DNA of 32,000 nt, taken from assembly GCA_016432445.1 (NCBI GenBank), contig CP066689.1:270001-302000 (forward strand), read 5' to 3'. The notes beneath the pieces were generated by a model, which made no database searches, had not been told where the DNA came from, and saw only the letters and a list, made by a program, of their open reading frames with translations. The DNA comes from Candidatus Saccharimonadota bacterium (lineage in GTDB: Bacteria; Patescibacteriota; Microgenomatia; UBA1406; GWC2-37-13). Each line of letters begins with the position of its first letter. The stretch's first letter is position 1. The position numbers and the translations under genes are program-made. Positions 1 to 9,517 of this stretch are shown here, piece after piece.

Positions 1-349
1 TCATGTTTTTGAATATTTCCCGAGATAAAAAGAAAATAGTTATAGGGAATAAAAAAGCGACAAATGAATTAAGAGCTCTAACGCTGCCCTCATTTAATCC
101 GGAAATAGCTATAAAAGGAATTGATAAATAAGAATAAAGAGGCATTTTATAATCACCAAAAGATTTAAGCCGTAAAGGTAAAAAATTACCATACTCATCT
201 TTTCCTGTTTTTAAAATTGAGTAAGAATTATACCCAAAAGCGGCTTCATCAGCGTTTAAACAAGGAGGAGCATTACTTTGTCTGTAAATATTTAAAAATA
301 GAGATAAAGCAGAAATAAAAATCAGAATAACTATGATTTGTTTATTCAT
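1..349 (-). CDS. N-terminal fragment of an ArnT/PMT-type (GT39-like, GT-C fold) membrane glycosyltransferase; the gene runs off the left edge
   Basis: Absent from the ORF track because it is truncated. My reverse-strand translation from ATG at 349 reads MNKQIIVILIFISALSLFLNIYRQSNAPPCLNADEAAFGYNSYSILKTGKDEYGNFLPLRLKSFGDYKMPLYSYLSIPFIAISGLNEGSVRAL... It has a TM helix followed by the DE..GYN.YSILKTGKDE.G..PL..K.FGDYK.P.Y.Y.S.PFI layout, collinear with the N-terminus of the 11196-12899 protein. Confidence 0.7.
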   Translation of the reverse strand, partial: MNKQIIVILIFISALSLFLNIYRQSNAPPCLNADEAAFGYNSYSILKTGKDEYGNFLPLRLKSFGDYKMPLYSYLSIPFIAISGLNEGSVRALNSFVAFLFPITIFFLSREIFKNM

Positions 350-1241
350 AGAAGCGCTTTAGAATTTTTTCATCATTTATTATAAACGTTTTTTTATTAG
401 AAGAGCGGCGCTGAAATACAAGATTTAGTTTAGATAAAGCTTTAAAAAAACCTCTTGAAAAAGAGAATTCTCTTTTAATTAAAAAATAAATAATATTGGG
501 GAAAAGAAAAAATAGATGAGAAAATAATAATTTTATATCAGTAATATTTTTCCAAATAAAAAGGATTTGATTGCGGTAAGAAATAGTTTTGATAGTTTGG
601 GATGAAAAATATTTGCCAATTGTGGATTCATGATGATGTTCAACGATAACGTTTGGATCAAATATAACCTCATAGCCGCTTTTCCAGGCACGATAAGAAA
701 GATCAATATCCTCCCAGTAAAAAGGAGCATAAATCTGGTCAAAACCTCCAAGTCTGAGGAATTTATCTTTATCTATAAGACATGCCCCTCCTTCGGCCCA
801 GGCATTGTATCCATAATTAAGATCTGCTGCTTTTTGATGGCGCATTAAACCTGCTTTCCAAAAGAGTTTATTTTTACCAACAATTTTGCCACCTTTTTCT
901 TTTTGAGCAAAGCTTATGGCAAATAATAATTCGTTCTTTTCAAAGGATGATATTGGAAATTTAAAACGGGCGTTAGATAAAATGACATCGCTGTTAAGAA
1001 GCATAATATATTTATTTTTAGCAACGCCTGCTCCGCGGTTTACAGTTAATCCAAACCCTAGGTTCTTTGCATTTTGGATTAAGATAATTTCTTTAAATTC
1101 ACGTAAATCTTTATTTAGATTTTCTTGAGGATAATCGTTGACAATTATTACTTCACATCCTTCAAGATAGGTCAGATTATGCCTCAAATTTTTTATGAGC
1201 TGTTCTTTATTTTTATAGGTGGGAATAATTACTGAAATCAT
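342..1241 (-). CDS. Family 2 glycosyltransferase (GT-A fold)
   Basis: 299-aa ORF. It starts MISVIIPTYKN, has NSDV (DxD-type) and YWEDIDLSYR motifs typical of GT2 enzymes. Its stop overlaps the start of the downstream GT-C gene by 8 nt. Confidence 0.8.
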   Translation of the reverse strand: MISVIIPTYKNKEQLIKNLRHNLTYLEGCEVIIVNDYPQENLNKDLREFKEIILIQNAKNLGFGLTVNRGAGVAKNKYIMLLNSDVILSNARFKFPISSFEKNELLFAISFAQKEKGGKIVGKNKLFWKAGLMRHQKAADLNYGYNAWAEGGACLIDKDKFLRLGGFDQIYAPFYWEDIDLSYRAWKSGYEVIFDPNVIVEHHHESTIGKYFSSQTIKTISYRNQILFIWKNITDIKLLFSHLFFLFPNIIYFLIKREFSFSRGFFKALSKLNLVFQRRSSNKKTFIINDEKILKRFYE

Positions 1242-2329
1242 ATTTTTAAAACAACTTCTTTTACCTTTTCTTTAAAAATTGAGTAATTAAATTTGCTTTT
1301 GATAAAATCTTTGGCGTTTTTTTGGATATCGCTCATTAATATTTTATTTTCAATAACTTCATTCATCTTATTCTCTAACTCGTTTAAATCATTAAATAAA
1401 AAACCATTTTTTCCTTCATTGATAATTTCTTTAGGCCCTCCGGCATTGAAACAAAAAGTGATACAGCCCATGCTCATTGCTTCCATTGGGGTTATTCCCA
1501 AGTGTTCTACAAGATGAGGATTTATTTCCTCATTAACCATGTGACCAGTGAAATGCCAATAGATTAAAGATTTCTTGTACAAATCAAAAAGCTCTGTGTG
1601 TGAGATATTGGTTTTTAAAATAATTGAGTCATCGTGACCGATAATATTTTCAAGTTCTTTTAAATAATTTTTATCTTCTTGTTTTAGTCCTCCCGCAAGA
1701 ATAAGTTTGTAATCTTTAAACTTGGGATTATCATGTTTTAATGATCTGAAAGCGTTTATTATTACATCTTGTTTTTTGGAATGCAAATGTTTAAAAAACC
1801 GTCCAACGGATAAAATAATTTTTTCTTTTGGTATATTATTAATTGAAAGATTAAGATAATCTTCATCTAAAAAAGGATAGATGACCTGTGAATTAATCTT
1901 CCATCTCTTAAGCCAGTCATGGGTAAACTGAGAGTTAGCTATAAATTTGTAGTTTAATGTTTTTAATCTGTTAACTGTATTCATCTCATACAAATTTTTT
2001 TTAGGAACCATAGAAAATACATAATTATTTTTAGCTGTTGAGAAAAAATAACTGCCGTCAGTAACATAGAAAAAAATATCAAATCGGTTAAGAGTAAAGG
2101 CTTTATTAAGAAAATTACCTGATTTAAAGATATTTTTCTGAAATTTTATCTGAGGATCAAACTTAAGATTCAAATTAGTATCAAAAGATTTATTAAGGTC
2201 TTTATCCCAAAAAATGGTAATTTCATAACCTTCATCTTGAAGTATTTTTAATATTGAAAGAATATGTTTTTCTCCGCCGCCTAAAACATCAAGGTAAGGA
2301 TCATAAAGAGCCGCGTTTCTTTTTTTCAT
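1238..2329 (-). CDS. Family 4 (GT-B fold) glycosyltransferase
   Basis: 363-aa ORF. The C-terminal EHLGITPMEAMSMGCITFCFNAGGPKEII matches the E-x7-E retaining GT-B signature. It has an ATGA stop/start overlap with the next gene. Confidence 0.8.
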   Translation of the reverse strand: MKKRNAALYDPYLDVLGGGEKHILSILKILQDEGYEITIFWDKDLNKSFDTNLNLKFDPQIKFQKNIFKSGNFLNKAFTLNRFDIFFYVTDGSYFFSTAKNNYVFSMVPKKNLYEMNTVNRLKTLNYKFIANSQFTHDWLKRWKINSQVIYPFLDEDYLNLSINNIPKEKIILSVGRFFKHLHSKKQDVIINAFRSLKHDNPKFKDYKLILAGGLKQEDKNYLKELENIIGHDDSIILKTNISHTELFDLYKKSLIYWHFTGHMVNEEINPHLVEHLGITPMEAMSMGCITFCFNAGGPKEIINEGKNGFLFNDLNELENKMNEVIENKILMSDIQKNAKDFIKSKFNYSIFKEKVKEVVLKI

Positions 2330-3068
2330 ATAGGAATAAATAGGTTATTGTTTTTGAATAAGCCTGATAAATACTCTCAATTATACCAATACTGCCGTCT
2401 AAAAAGCCCCGGTTCTTCAAAAGTCTACGGTAAGTTTCACCTAAGAGTTTTTTAAAAAAAATTAAAACTGATACTTTACGGCTAGCTTTATAAAGCAGAT
2501 CTGACTCAATATTCTCAAAAACAATAGTCTTTTTGACAATTTCTTCATAATCATTTTTTGAAAAATGAGTTAAAGGTTCTTTTAAATAGCCTAAATTACC
2601 ATCAATAACCGGTGTTGAATGAATTTCTTTAGGCCATTGTTTAAAATAGTTTTTATTTATCAGTCTGATCTGATAGTTTGGCCACCAGCCGCCATGTTTT
2701 AGCCATTTCTTTTTTCCAAAAATTTCTTTTCGAGGTACTTTATAGTAGGTATATTTATCATCACTCATGATTTTTTTGATTTCATCAGCAAGCTTTGGTG
2801 TTATTCTTTCATCAGCATCAAGAATAAAAACCCAGTCGGTTTGAGCTTGGTTTATCCCAAATTCTCTTGAAGGTTCAACGTATTTTGAAAATGGGAAATT
2901 AAGAACATGAACTCCTATTTCATTGGCTAAGGTTACAGTCTTATCATTACTTCCAGTATCAATTAAGATTATGTTGTTTGATAAAAGCTGAGCTGATTTA
3001 ATGCAATCTTTTATATTTAATTGTTCATTAAAAGCCGCAATTATGACAGTTAAAGATATTGTTTTCAT
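2301..3068 (-). CDS. Family 2 glycosyltransferase; paralog of 12902-13819
   Basis: ISLTVIIAAFNEQLNIKDCI start, ILDADE (DxD) and a GGWWPNYQIRL motif shared with WWPDYQVRF in the 12902-13819 protein. I moved the start to M13 (ATG at 3068) because a TATAAT box (3076-3081, minus strand) lies 7 nt upstream. The track ORF extends to 3104. Confidence 0.75.
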   Translation of the reverse strand: MKTISLTVIIAAFNEQLNIKDCIKSAQLLSNNIILIDTGSNDKTVTLANEIGVHVLNFPFSKYVEPSREFGINQAQTDWVFILDADERITPKLADEIKKIMSDDKYTYYKVPRKEIFGKKKWLKHGGWWPNYQIRLINKNYFKQWPKEIHSTPVIDGNLGYLKEPLTHFSKNDYEEIVKKTIVFENIESDLLYKASRKVSVLIFFKKLLGETYRRLLKNRGFLDGSIGIIESIYQAYSKTITYLFLYEKKKRGSL

Positions 3069-3097
3069 CAATCTGATTATAGCTTGAGTGTAGTAAA

Positions 3098-4201
3098 ATG
3101 ACAATTATGACTGTTATTTATTATATTTTTTTAGCTTTTCTTTCAATATTTTCCTATGTTCTGATTGATCCTAACTTAACACTTTTTAATCATGAATATT
3201 GGAATATTTTTAGAAATTTTATGGTTAGCTATGGTTATTATCGGAGAGATCTAACCTCAGTTATTTATATTTTTATTATTTTAGTTCTTGTTGGTTTTAA
3301 TTATTATTTTATTCATAAATATAAGCAGTTTAATCCTTTTAAATTAGCAATCGGTATAGCCGTAATTCTTTTTTTCTCCTATCCTTTTTTATCCCACGAT
3401 TTTTTTAATTATATTTTTGATGCTAAGATCTTAACCTTTTATCATCAAAATCCTTATACTCATAAAGCATTAGACTTTCCTGATGATTCATGGCTGAGGT
3501 TTATGCAATGGACTCACCGCACTTATCCTTATGGTCCTTCATTTTTACTGATTACTTTAATACCTTCATTCTTAAGCTTTGGCAAGTTTATTTTAAATTG
3601 GATTTTATTTAAGATTATGTTTATTGTCTTTTATCTTTTATCTGCTTATTTACTAACTAAGATGAATAAAAAATGGGGTATGTTAATGGTAACTTCTCCT
3701 TTAGTTATTATTGAAGGTTTAATATCATTACATAATGATTTTATTGCTTTAGTATTAGCCATAGTAGCAATATTTTATCTGCAGAAAAAGAATAAGATTC
3801 TGAGTGGAACATTTTTTTTACTTTCAGGAGGCATTAAATACATTACTTTACCTTTTGTTTTTTTAGTAATAAATAACAAAATTATAAGAATCGTATCCTC
3901 AGTTATTATTATCGGATTACTAATATATTTATCTTTGTTTTTTGCGATTCAACCTTGGTACTTTTTTGCTTTACTAGTGTTGATACCTTTTTATGAGAAC
4001 TTAATAATAAGAATGCAGATTTTTTTTGGCGGTCTTCTTTTATCTTATTATCCTTATATGAGATTTGGAGAGTGGAGCAGGCCTGAGAATGTTGTCTTAA
4101 AACAACAGATCATAATAGTTTTCTTGATAATAAATATTATTTATCTGCTAATATACTTCTTTCTAAGAAGAACGAAAAAATTTTTTAATAAAAATAAATA
4201 A
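3098..4201 (+). CDS. Polytopic membrane protein, possible GT-C-type glycosyltransferase (family unassigned)
   Basis: 367-aa ORF, hydrophobic throughout with roughly ten helices. It has a loop FLSHDFFNYIFDAKILTFYHQNPY...HRTYPYGPSF. The function rests on context and topology only. Confidence 0.4.
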   Translation: MTIMTVIYYIFLAFLSIFSYVLIDPNLTLFNHEYWNIFRNFMVSYGYYRRDLTSVIYIFIILVLVGFNYYFIHKYKQFNPFKLAIGIAVILFFSYPFLSHDFFNYIFDAKILTFYHQNPYTHKALDFPDDSWLRFMQWTHRTYPYGPSFLLITLIPSFLSFGKFILNWILFKIMFIVFYLLSAYLLTKMNKKWGMLMVTSPLVIIEGLISLHNDFIALVLAIVAIFYLQKKNKILSGTFFLLSGGIKYITLPFVFLVINNKIIRIVSSVIIIGLLIYLSLFFAIQPWYFFALLVLIPFYENLIIRMQIFFGGLLLSYYPYMRFGEWSRPENVVLKQQIIIVFLIINIIYLLIYFFLRRTKKFFNKNK

Positions 4202-5587
4202 CAGTTTATCATCTGTTTTAGTTCTTACATAATCTTTATCCTGAAGCAGAAAATCTCTTATCAATCCTAGGTCTTTCTCTTCCATTGACCAGAAATTATT
4301 GGCGCTTTGTCCCGGGGTCATGTTAAAAATAATTATGTCGGGCTCAACTTCTTTATAATACTTATTTAAAAAAGATAATTTTTCAGTACGCGCTGAAAAG
4401 TAAGGGAGCAGGTTGTTTAAACTCATGACTGTTCCTTTTTTTGGTATCTTGTCAACCCAATTAAAATTTTGTCCATTTGTTTTTAGCTCTTTCCAGAAAA
4501 CATGGTTAAAAGCTAAATTAATAGGCGATTTAGTTATTTTTCTTGCCGAAAATAACGATATAATCAGGAGGTAAAAAATAATCAAGCTAACCAGCCATTT
4601 TTTGGGATAGATTTTTTTTATGTTAGTAATTGCGTAAATAGTGGTCAAAGTTAAGATTAGACTTAAGTAAACGCTGTAATGGGAGCCGAGAGTAAAATTT
4701 TGAAAAATTGTTTTTGTCGGAGCCAGTCTTATGGCCAGTTCTCCAAATACAGCAATAACTCCAAAAACTGAAAAAAACGGCAGAAATCCAAAAGAGATTA
4801 ACGAATCAAAAACAAGTTTTCTCTTTTCGGGCGTTGAGAAAAAATTAGTTATCATTTCCCAAGGTGAGGTTGGCAGTTCGGGGTAATAAAGATAAGGCCT
4901 TTTGCTAAAAATAAATGAAAATATATTGGTTGAAACATAAAGCCAGGCTAAAGAGGCAGCTATAAGCATAAAGATATCTTTTCTCTTTTCTTTATTGAAA
5001 ACTAAAAGGCAAGTAAGAACAAAAATAAAAGTTATCGCATTGCTTTCTTTAAAACCTAAAAAAATAATAGCTGTAAGATAATACAAAACCCTTTTTTGAG
5101 TAAAGGAAAAAAGGTAAAAAAATAAAGCAAGGAAAAAAACAGCAGTAGGTTCAGCGTGCCAATCAGTGACTAAGGGATTTTCTGTTCCAGCAAAGATTAA
5201 ATAGCTTAGGGAAATAACCAGAGAAGGTATATATCCCAATTTCACTTTACCTGCAATTAAAAAAATTAATATTCCTGTTAACACTAAAGCTAAAGCCTGT
5301 TCAAAAAGAAGTATTTGAGGGTTGGATACTAACCAATAAAAAGGGGCAACAAGAGTTAAGCTTGGGTTAAAATGATCGCCTAAGAAGAATATTCTTCCCA
5401 AAACAACGTGATCTATATAGGGCGTTTGGAATCGGGATAACTCCCATAAAATTCGCGAAAAAACTCCGAAATCATAATAAAAGATTTGATAAGAGTAGTA
5501 ACGGGATAAGGAAAGCGAAAAGAAAAAAACAAAGAAAAAAGAAAAAAACAATGCGGTGAAAATAATGCGTAGTTTTCTAAGCTGCAT
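4163..5587 (-). CDS. DUF2079-like polytopic membrane protein (GT-C-like)
   Basis: 474-aa ORF. YYDFGVFSRILWELSRF...LGDHFNPSLTLVAPFYWL matches my memory of the DUF2079 N-terminal signature (DxG.f...lW ... HF.P.l.l.aP). Its 3' end overlaps the convergent 3098-4201 gene by 39 nt. Confidence 0.55.
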   Translation of the reverse strand: MQLRKLRIIFTALFFSFFFVFFFSLSLSRYYSYQIFYYDFGVFSRILWELSRFQTPYIDHVVLGRIFFLGDHFNPSLTLVAPFYWLVSNPQILLFEQALALVLTGILIFLIAGKVKLGYIPSLVISLSYLIFAGTENPLVTDWHAEPTAVFFLALFFYLFSFTQKRVLYYLTAIIFLGFKESNAITFIFVLTCLLVFNKEKRKDIFMLIAASLAWLYVSTNIFSFIFSKRPYLYYPELPTSPWEMITNFFSTPEKRKLVFDSLISFGFLPFFSVFGVIAVFGELAIRLAPTKTIFQNFTLGSHYSVYLSLILTLTTIYAITNIKKIYPKKWLVSLIIFYLLIISLFSARKITKSPINLAFNHVFWKELKTNGQNFNWVDKIPKKGTVMSLNNLLPYFSARTEKLSFLNKYYKEVEPDIIIFNMTPGQSANNFWSMEEKDLGLIRDFLLQDKDYVRTKTDDKLLFIFIKKFFRSS

Positions 5588-5592
5588 TTTTT

Positions 5593-6426
5593 TTAACGGA
5601 TGTAATCGAGGACATAATTTTTTAACAAATGAAATTTAGAGCGAAGAGGAGCGTATTTTAATCCAAATTTTAGACGATTAATTTTTTGATATTTCTGATG
5701 AATCTTTGATCCTGCTCCTTCTGTTGATTGGGCATTTTTGTGCCAGATAACAATGGAAGGATCATAATACAAACTTATTCCTTTTCTTTTGGCGCGGACA
5801 CAATAGTCTGAGTCTTCATAATACAAAAAATATTTTTCATCCCAGTAGCCGATTTTTTCGATTATTTTTTTATCAAAACACATTAAACATCCGGTAACGA
5901 AATCTGTTTCTTTAAAATCATCAAACTTTTCCTTGTCAATTTCATCTACTCCTTGGTGGAGAGTTATCACATTATCCCAGTCATTTATGCCGCCAGCATA
6001 CCAGATAACTTTGCCTAAATCTTTTTTGTTATAGCGGGTCTTATGATACTCAAAACCCGGAGCGTAATAAATTTTTCCACCGATTATTGAGCGAGGATGA
6101 TTTTCCAAAGATTGAAGAACGTCTTCTACAAAACCATCTTTAAAATACGTGTCATCATTTATTATGCAAAATTTATTGAATCCTTTATTTATTGCGTTTT
6201 TAATTCCCATATTTACACCATGAGCATAGCCTAAGTTTTCACCATAATTAACTGTTAAATTAAATTTAAGAAGGTCCTCATTAATGGGTTTTTTATCATC
6301 AGAAAGATCACTGATAAAAAGATGAAAATTATCGTTTGATTGATTTTGCAAACTGTTTAGGAAATCATCTAGTACTGTATAATTTTGATACGCAACAGTT
6401 ATTATGGCTAAACTATGAAGACCCAT
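5593..6426 (-). CDS. Family 2 glycosyltransferase
   Basis: LAIITVAYQNY start, ISDLSDD, and YYEDSDYCVRAKRKG near the C-terminus. I set the start at M9 (ATG at 6426) because a TATAAT box (6434-6439, minus) lies 7 nt upstream. The track ORF extends to 6450. Confidence 0.8.
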   Translation of the reverse strand: MGLHSLAIITVAYQNYTVLDDFLNSLQNQSNDNFHLFISDLSDDKKPINEDLLKFNLTVNYGENLGYAHGVNMGIKNAINKGFNKFCIINDDTYFKDGFVEDVLQSLENHPRSIIGGKIYYAPGFEYHKTRYNKKDLGKVIWYAGGINDWDNVITLHQGVDEIDKEKFDDFKETDFVTGCLMCFDKKIIEKIGYWDEKYFLYYEDSDYCVRAKRKGISLYYDPSIVIWHKNAQSTEGAGSKIHQKYQKINRLKFGLKYAPLRSKFHLLKNYVLDYIR

Positions 6427-8127
6427 GTATTTGATTATATCAAAAGGCATAAACTGCTATGGTTAGTTATTATTCCAGCCTTTTTCTTTCATCTTTTAAC
6501 AATCTTCCTAAGCGGCAATGACTACTGTTATCAGAATAAATGCGGAATTTTTTTTTGGGGATCAAATGCTCATGATGCCATTTGGCATTTGGCGGTAACG
6601 GCTGTTTCTTTCAATGAACTTCCTTTTATCTCACCTATTTTTAGCGGAGAGAAATTATTCGGATACAATTATTTTCTTGACTTAATTATTTTCTTATTAT
6701 CAAAAGTAGGAATTTCCTCAAGCATTGCTTATTTTAAAATTCTTCCTTTAGTCTGGTTTGCTTTATTTACTTATGCTGCCGTAGCTTTGGGGCGGAAGAT
6801 TAAAGATTCGCCATTATTTATAGCCCTTCTTCTTTTCTTTTTTTATTTTGGAGGGTCGTTTAGTTATTTACTTACTCTATATCATCAGCAGACTATTTGG
6901 GGATCTTCCGGTATATTGGTTATGCAGTCGGGGTTAATGATGAGTAACTTACAGTTTGCTTTTTCTTTGGTAATACTTCTTTATGCTATTTTACTTATCT
7001 TGAAAAAAGAGATAGACCTCAAAAAGACTTTTATTCTTAGCTTGCTTGTTTTTTTAAGTTTAGGGTTAAAGTTTTACGGGGGAGCAGTTATTACATTTTT
7101 AACAGTAATTTTTTTCCTGGAAAGTATTTTATCAGGGAAAAATTTAGTGAAGAAATTTAAATATTTGAGCGTATTTATTTTTTCAGCTGTTGTGGCGGTA
7201 GTAGTTTTTTATAATCCGTTTTCATCTTTTAAGACAGGTTCTGTTTTAAGCTTTGATCCATTGGCTACAGTGCATCCCATCATTGAGGAGCCTGGACTTG
7301 TTTATTTACAAAATATGGTTGATGCCCGTTATTTTCTTGAAACAAAAGGTATTGGTCCAAGGCTCATTGGCATTGAGCTTTTAACTATATTTATCTTTAT
7401 TCTTTTTAATTTAGGCACTCGATTTTTTGGATTTTTTTATCTTGCCAAACAGCTGATTAAAAATAAAATTTCAAGAATGGATGTCTATTTAATTTTGTCC
7501 ATGATATTCTCGGCATTTTTAGCAATGTTTTTTGTTCAAAAAGGCCAGTGGTGGAATACAATTCAATTTTTTTATTATACGATTTTCCTCTCAAGTTTCT
7601 TTGCCGCAAAATTTTTATATGAGATTATGAATAAAAAAAATATGTTAACAATCTCAATTGGCGCTATAATAATTATTCTTACTTTACCAACATCAATTGA
7701 TCTTTTAAGAGGATTTAGCGCTTATCCGGCTCCTTCTTATGTTCCAGCAGAGGAAATACAAGCATTAAAATTTTTAAAAAGCCAGCCTGAAGGAACAGTA
7801 TTTTTTCCGTTAAACCAAAATAAGGAAAAGAGTCCTGATCCTCAGCCTTTATATGCTTATGAGGACAACTCTTATGTGGCAGCTTTTTCCGGGCAAAAGC
7901 TTTACTTTGCCGATATTGTTCAGTTGCAGTTGACAGGTGTCAATTATAAGGAGCGTTTAAATCGCATTAAAGAAACAGACTGTAGTATATTAGAGGAAAT
8001 TAATTATTTTTACCAAATTAAACCAATGGCTGATAGATTTTTCAACAGTTGTTATTCAATAGATAAATTCAAAAAGATTTACGAAAATGATTTAATTAAT
8101 ATTTATAGAATTAAGCATTATGACTGA
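6415..8127 (+). CDS. Large polytopic membrane protein with a C-terminal extracytoplasmic domain (possible GT-C transferase or polymerase)
   Basis: 570-aa ORF with more than 10 hydrophobic segments, followed by a soluble tail of about 140 aa (PAPSYVPAEEIQALKFLKSQPEGTVFFPL...). I recognise no family motif. Confidence 0.4.
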   Translation: MKTHVFDYIKRHKLLWLVIIPAFFFHLLTIFLSGNDYCYQNKCGIFFWGSNAHDAIWHLAVTAVSFNELPFISPIFSGEKLFGYNYFLDLIIFLLSKVGISSSIAYFKILPLVWFALFTYAAVALGRKIKDSPLFIALLLFFFYFGGSFSYLLTLYHQQTIWGSSGILVMQSGLMMSNLQFAFSLVILLYAILLILKKEIDLKKTFILSLLVFLSLGLKFYGGAVITFLTVIFFLESILSGKNLVKKFKYLSVFIFSAVVAVVVFYNPFSSFKTGSVLSFDPLATVHPIIEEPGLVYLQNMVDARYFLETKGIGPRLIGIELLTIFIFILFNLGTRFFGFFYLAKQLIKNKISRMDVYLILSMIFSAFLAMFFVQKGQWWNTIQFFYYTIFLSSFFAAKFLYEIMNKKNMLTISIGAIIIILTLPTSIDLLRGFSAYPAPSYVPAEEIQALKFLKSQPEGTVFFPLNQNKEKSPDPQPLYAYEDNSYVAAFSGQKLYFADIVQLQLTGVNYKERLNRIKETDCSILEEINYFYQIKPMADRFFNSCYSIDKFKKIYENDLINIYRIKHYD

Positions 8128-8878
8128 AATAAGAGAAAAGGATAGAAATATGGGGCACTATCAGCGGTTTTGGCAATGGTATGGATTAGATAATCCCCGC
8201 AAATGGCCACAATGGGAGTTAATTGAACCTTTTGTTTCAAAAAAAAACCGAGTTTTGGAAATTGGAGCAGGTTTAAGGCCGAAGATTCAAATAGATGAAG
8301 GATATTTTACTGATATAAGTATTACTGCCTTAGAGAAGCTTAAAAAAAAGGGAGCCAATACAGTTTTATCAGATTTTAATGAAGGACTGCCTTACAAAGA
8401 TAAATCATTTGATGTCGTTTGTGCTTTTGAAGTTTTGGAACATGTAGACAAAGATAGAATAGCTCTTGCCGATATTGGTCGTGTTCTGAAGTTAGATGGA
8501 CAGGCGTTTATTAGTTTTCCTTTGCACGAAGAATTGTTTAATAATTATGATGAAGTTGTAGGACATAAACGAAGATACGATACTAATGAAATAGAAGCTT
8601 TATTTAGAGAATGTGGATTCAAGATTGAACAATATGCTGCCCAAGATGTTCCTTGGCCTACAGAAAAAGAAGCTGGAAAACTAGTTTTTTTATCAAGATA
8701 TTTACCTTGGGTGATACCTCTTGTTACAAAGATTTTAGATTTTTTGCCTTCCTCAGCAGTCCGTCAACCATTAAATCTTAAACGGTGGAATGCCGATTGT
8801 GCCAAAGAAGATTTTAATGGAGTGTCCACAGGTTTTTTTGTATTAAAAAAACAAACAGATGATTCTTCTAATCTTTAA
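8120..8878 (+). CDS. Class I SAM-dependent methyltransferase
   Basis: 252-aa ORF. VLEIGAGLRP is motif I and FDVVCAFEVLEHV is the post-II/III region typical of Methyltransf_11/23-type enzymes. It overlaps the upstream gene by 8 nt. Confidence 0.8.
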   Translation: MTEIREKDRNMGHYQRFWQWYGLDNPRKWPQWELIEPFVSKKNRVLEIGAGLRPKIQIDEGYFTDISITALEKLKKKGANTVLSDFNEGLPYKDKSFDVVCAFEVLEHVDKDRIALADIGRVLKLDGQAFISFPLHEELFNNYDEVVGHKRRYDTNEIEALFRECGFKIEQYAAQDVPWPTEKEAGKLVFLSRYLPWVIPLVTKILDFLPSSAVRQPLNLKRWNADCAKEDFNGVSTGFFVLKKQTDDSSNL

Positions 8879-8880
8879 AG

Positions 8881-9486
8881 TTATTTAAGATTTACGGAGG
8901 TTATACTGAGCCAGGATTTATCTTTGTAGATCTTGACATCTTCGTCGTTTCTGTAATTATAAAAACCATTAGCTAAGACCATTTCGTCAACAGGTTTAAT
9001 AAATAAGATCTTAACGGTTTTGTCGCTATCATAATATAGATGAGATGAAGGAGTATTTAGGATCTCTTTTTTTACATTAAGAGTTAAGTCATTAACATTA
9101 TTAATAATTTTGTTTAATTCATTAGTTTGAACTAAAAATTCTATGCTGTTTAATTTATCGGAGTTATAGATTAAGAAAGGATGGTAGTAAACATTGCTGT
9201 TTAAAGAGATTCTAACTTTTTTTAAAGCTTCAGCAGTTTGTTTCTTTGATAAGCCGTCTCTTTCAAAGGTGAAATAGCCAGGGTTAAAAAATTCCCTAAA
9301 CTCCCAAAACGTGCGGGCATTTATAGCCTTATTTTTTTGAACATCAGCCATAAAGTTATTAAATATGCTTTGACGCTTAAAAGAAAAAAGCCATGTAGAA
9401 AGTTTAGGCTGGAATATAAGAAAACTGCCTACTATTGCTAAAAAAAGGATGATGAAAAAACCGCTGCTATATTTTACCTTGTTCAT
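8881..9486 (-). CDS. Hypothetical membrane-anchored extracytoplasmic protein
   Basis: 201-aa ORF with a single N-terminal TM (FFIILFLAIVGSFLIF) followed by a soluble domain. No motif recognised. Confidence 0.5.
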   Translation of the reverse strand: MNKVKYSSGFFIILFLAIVGSFLIFQPKLSTWLFSFKRQSIFNNFMADVQKNKAINARTFWEFREFFNPGYFTFERDGLSKKQTAEALKKVRISLNSNVYYHPFLIYNSDKLNSIEFLVQTNELNKIINNVNDLTLNVKKEILNTPSSHLYYDSDKTVKILFIKPVDEMVLANGFYNYRNDEDVKIYKDKSWLSITSVNLK

Positions 9487-9517
9487 TTTAGAAACAAATT
9501 ATATATAATCTATTGAT

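Noticed and set aside
533-1128. Track ORFs 533-751(-), 630-848(+) and 916-1128(+). The same class includes 1293-1517, 9822-10043, 10333-10524, 10772-11053, 12994-13185, 14038-14280, 17917-18138, 18193-18405, 22367-22549, 25872-26156, 26503-26721, 26960-27196 and 31309-31515.
   Set aside because: All lie entirely inside longer ORFs that carry clear family motifs. They are in other frames or on the opposite strand, their composition is low-complexity, and they have no start signals. I treat them as shadow ORFs of an AT-rich genome.
4163-4201. 39-nt convergent 3' overlap of 3098-4201(+) and 4163-5587(-)
   Set aside because: The sequence here is A/T-rich and low-complexity, so stop codons are simply late in both frames. 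This is probably a compaction by-product with no regulatory meaning, and I see no hairpin.
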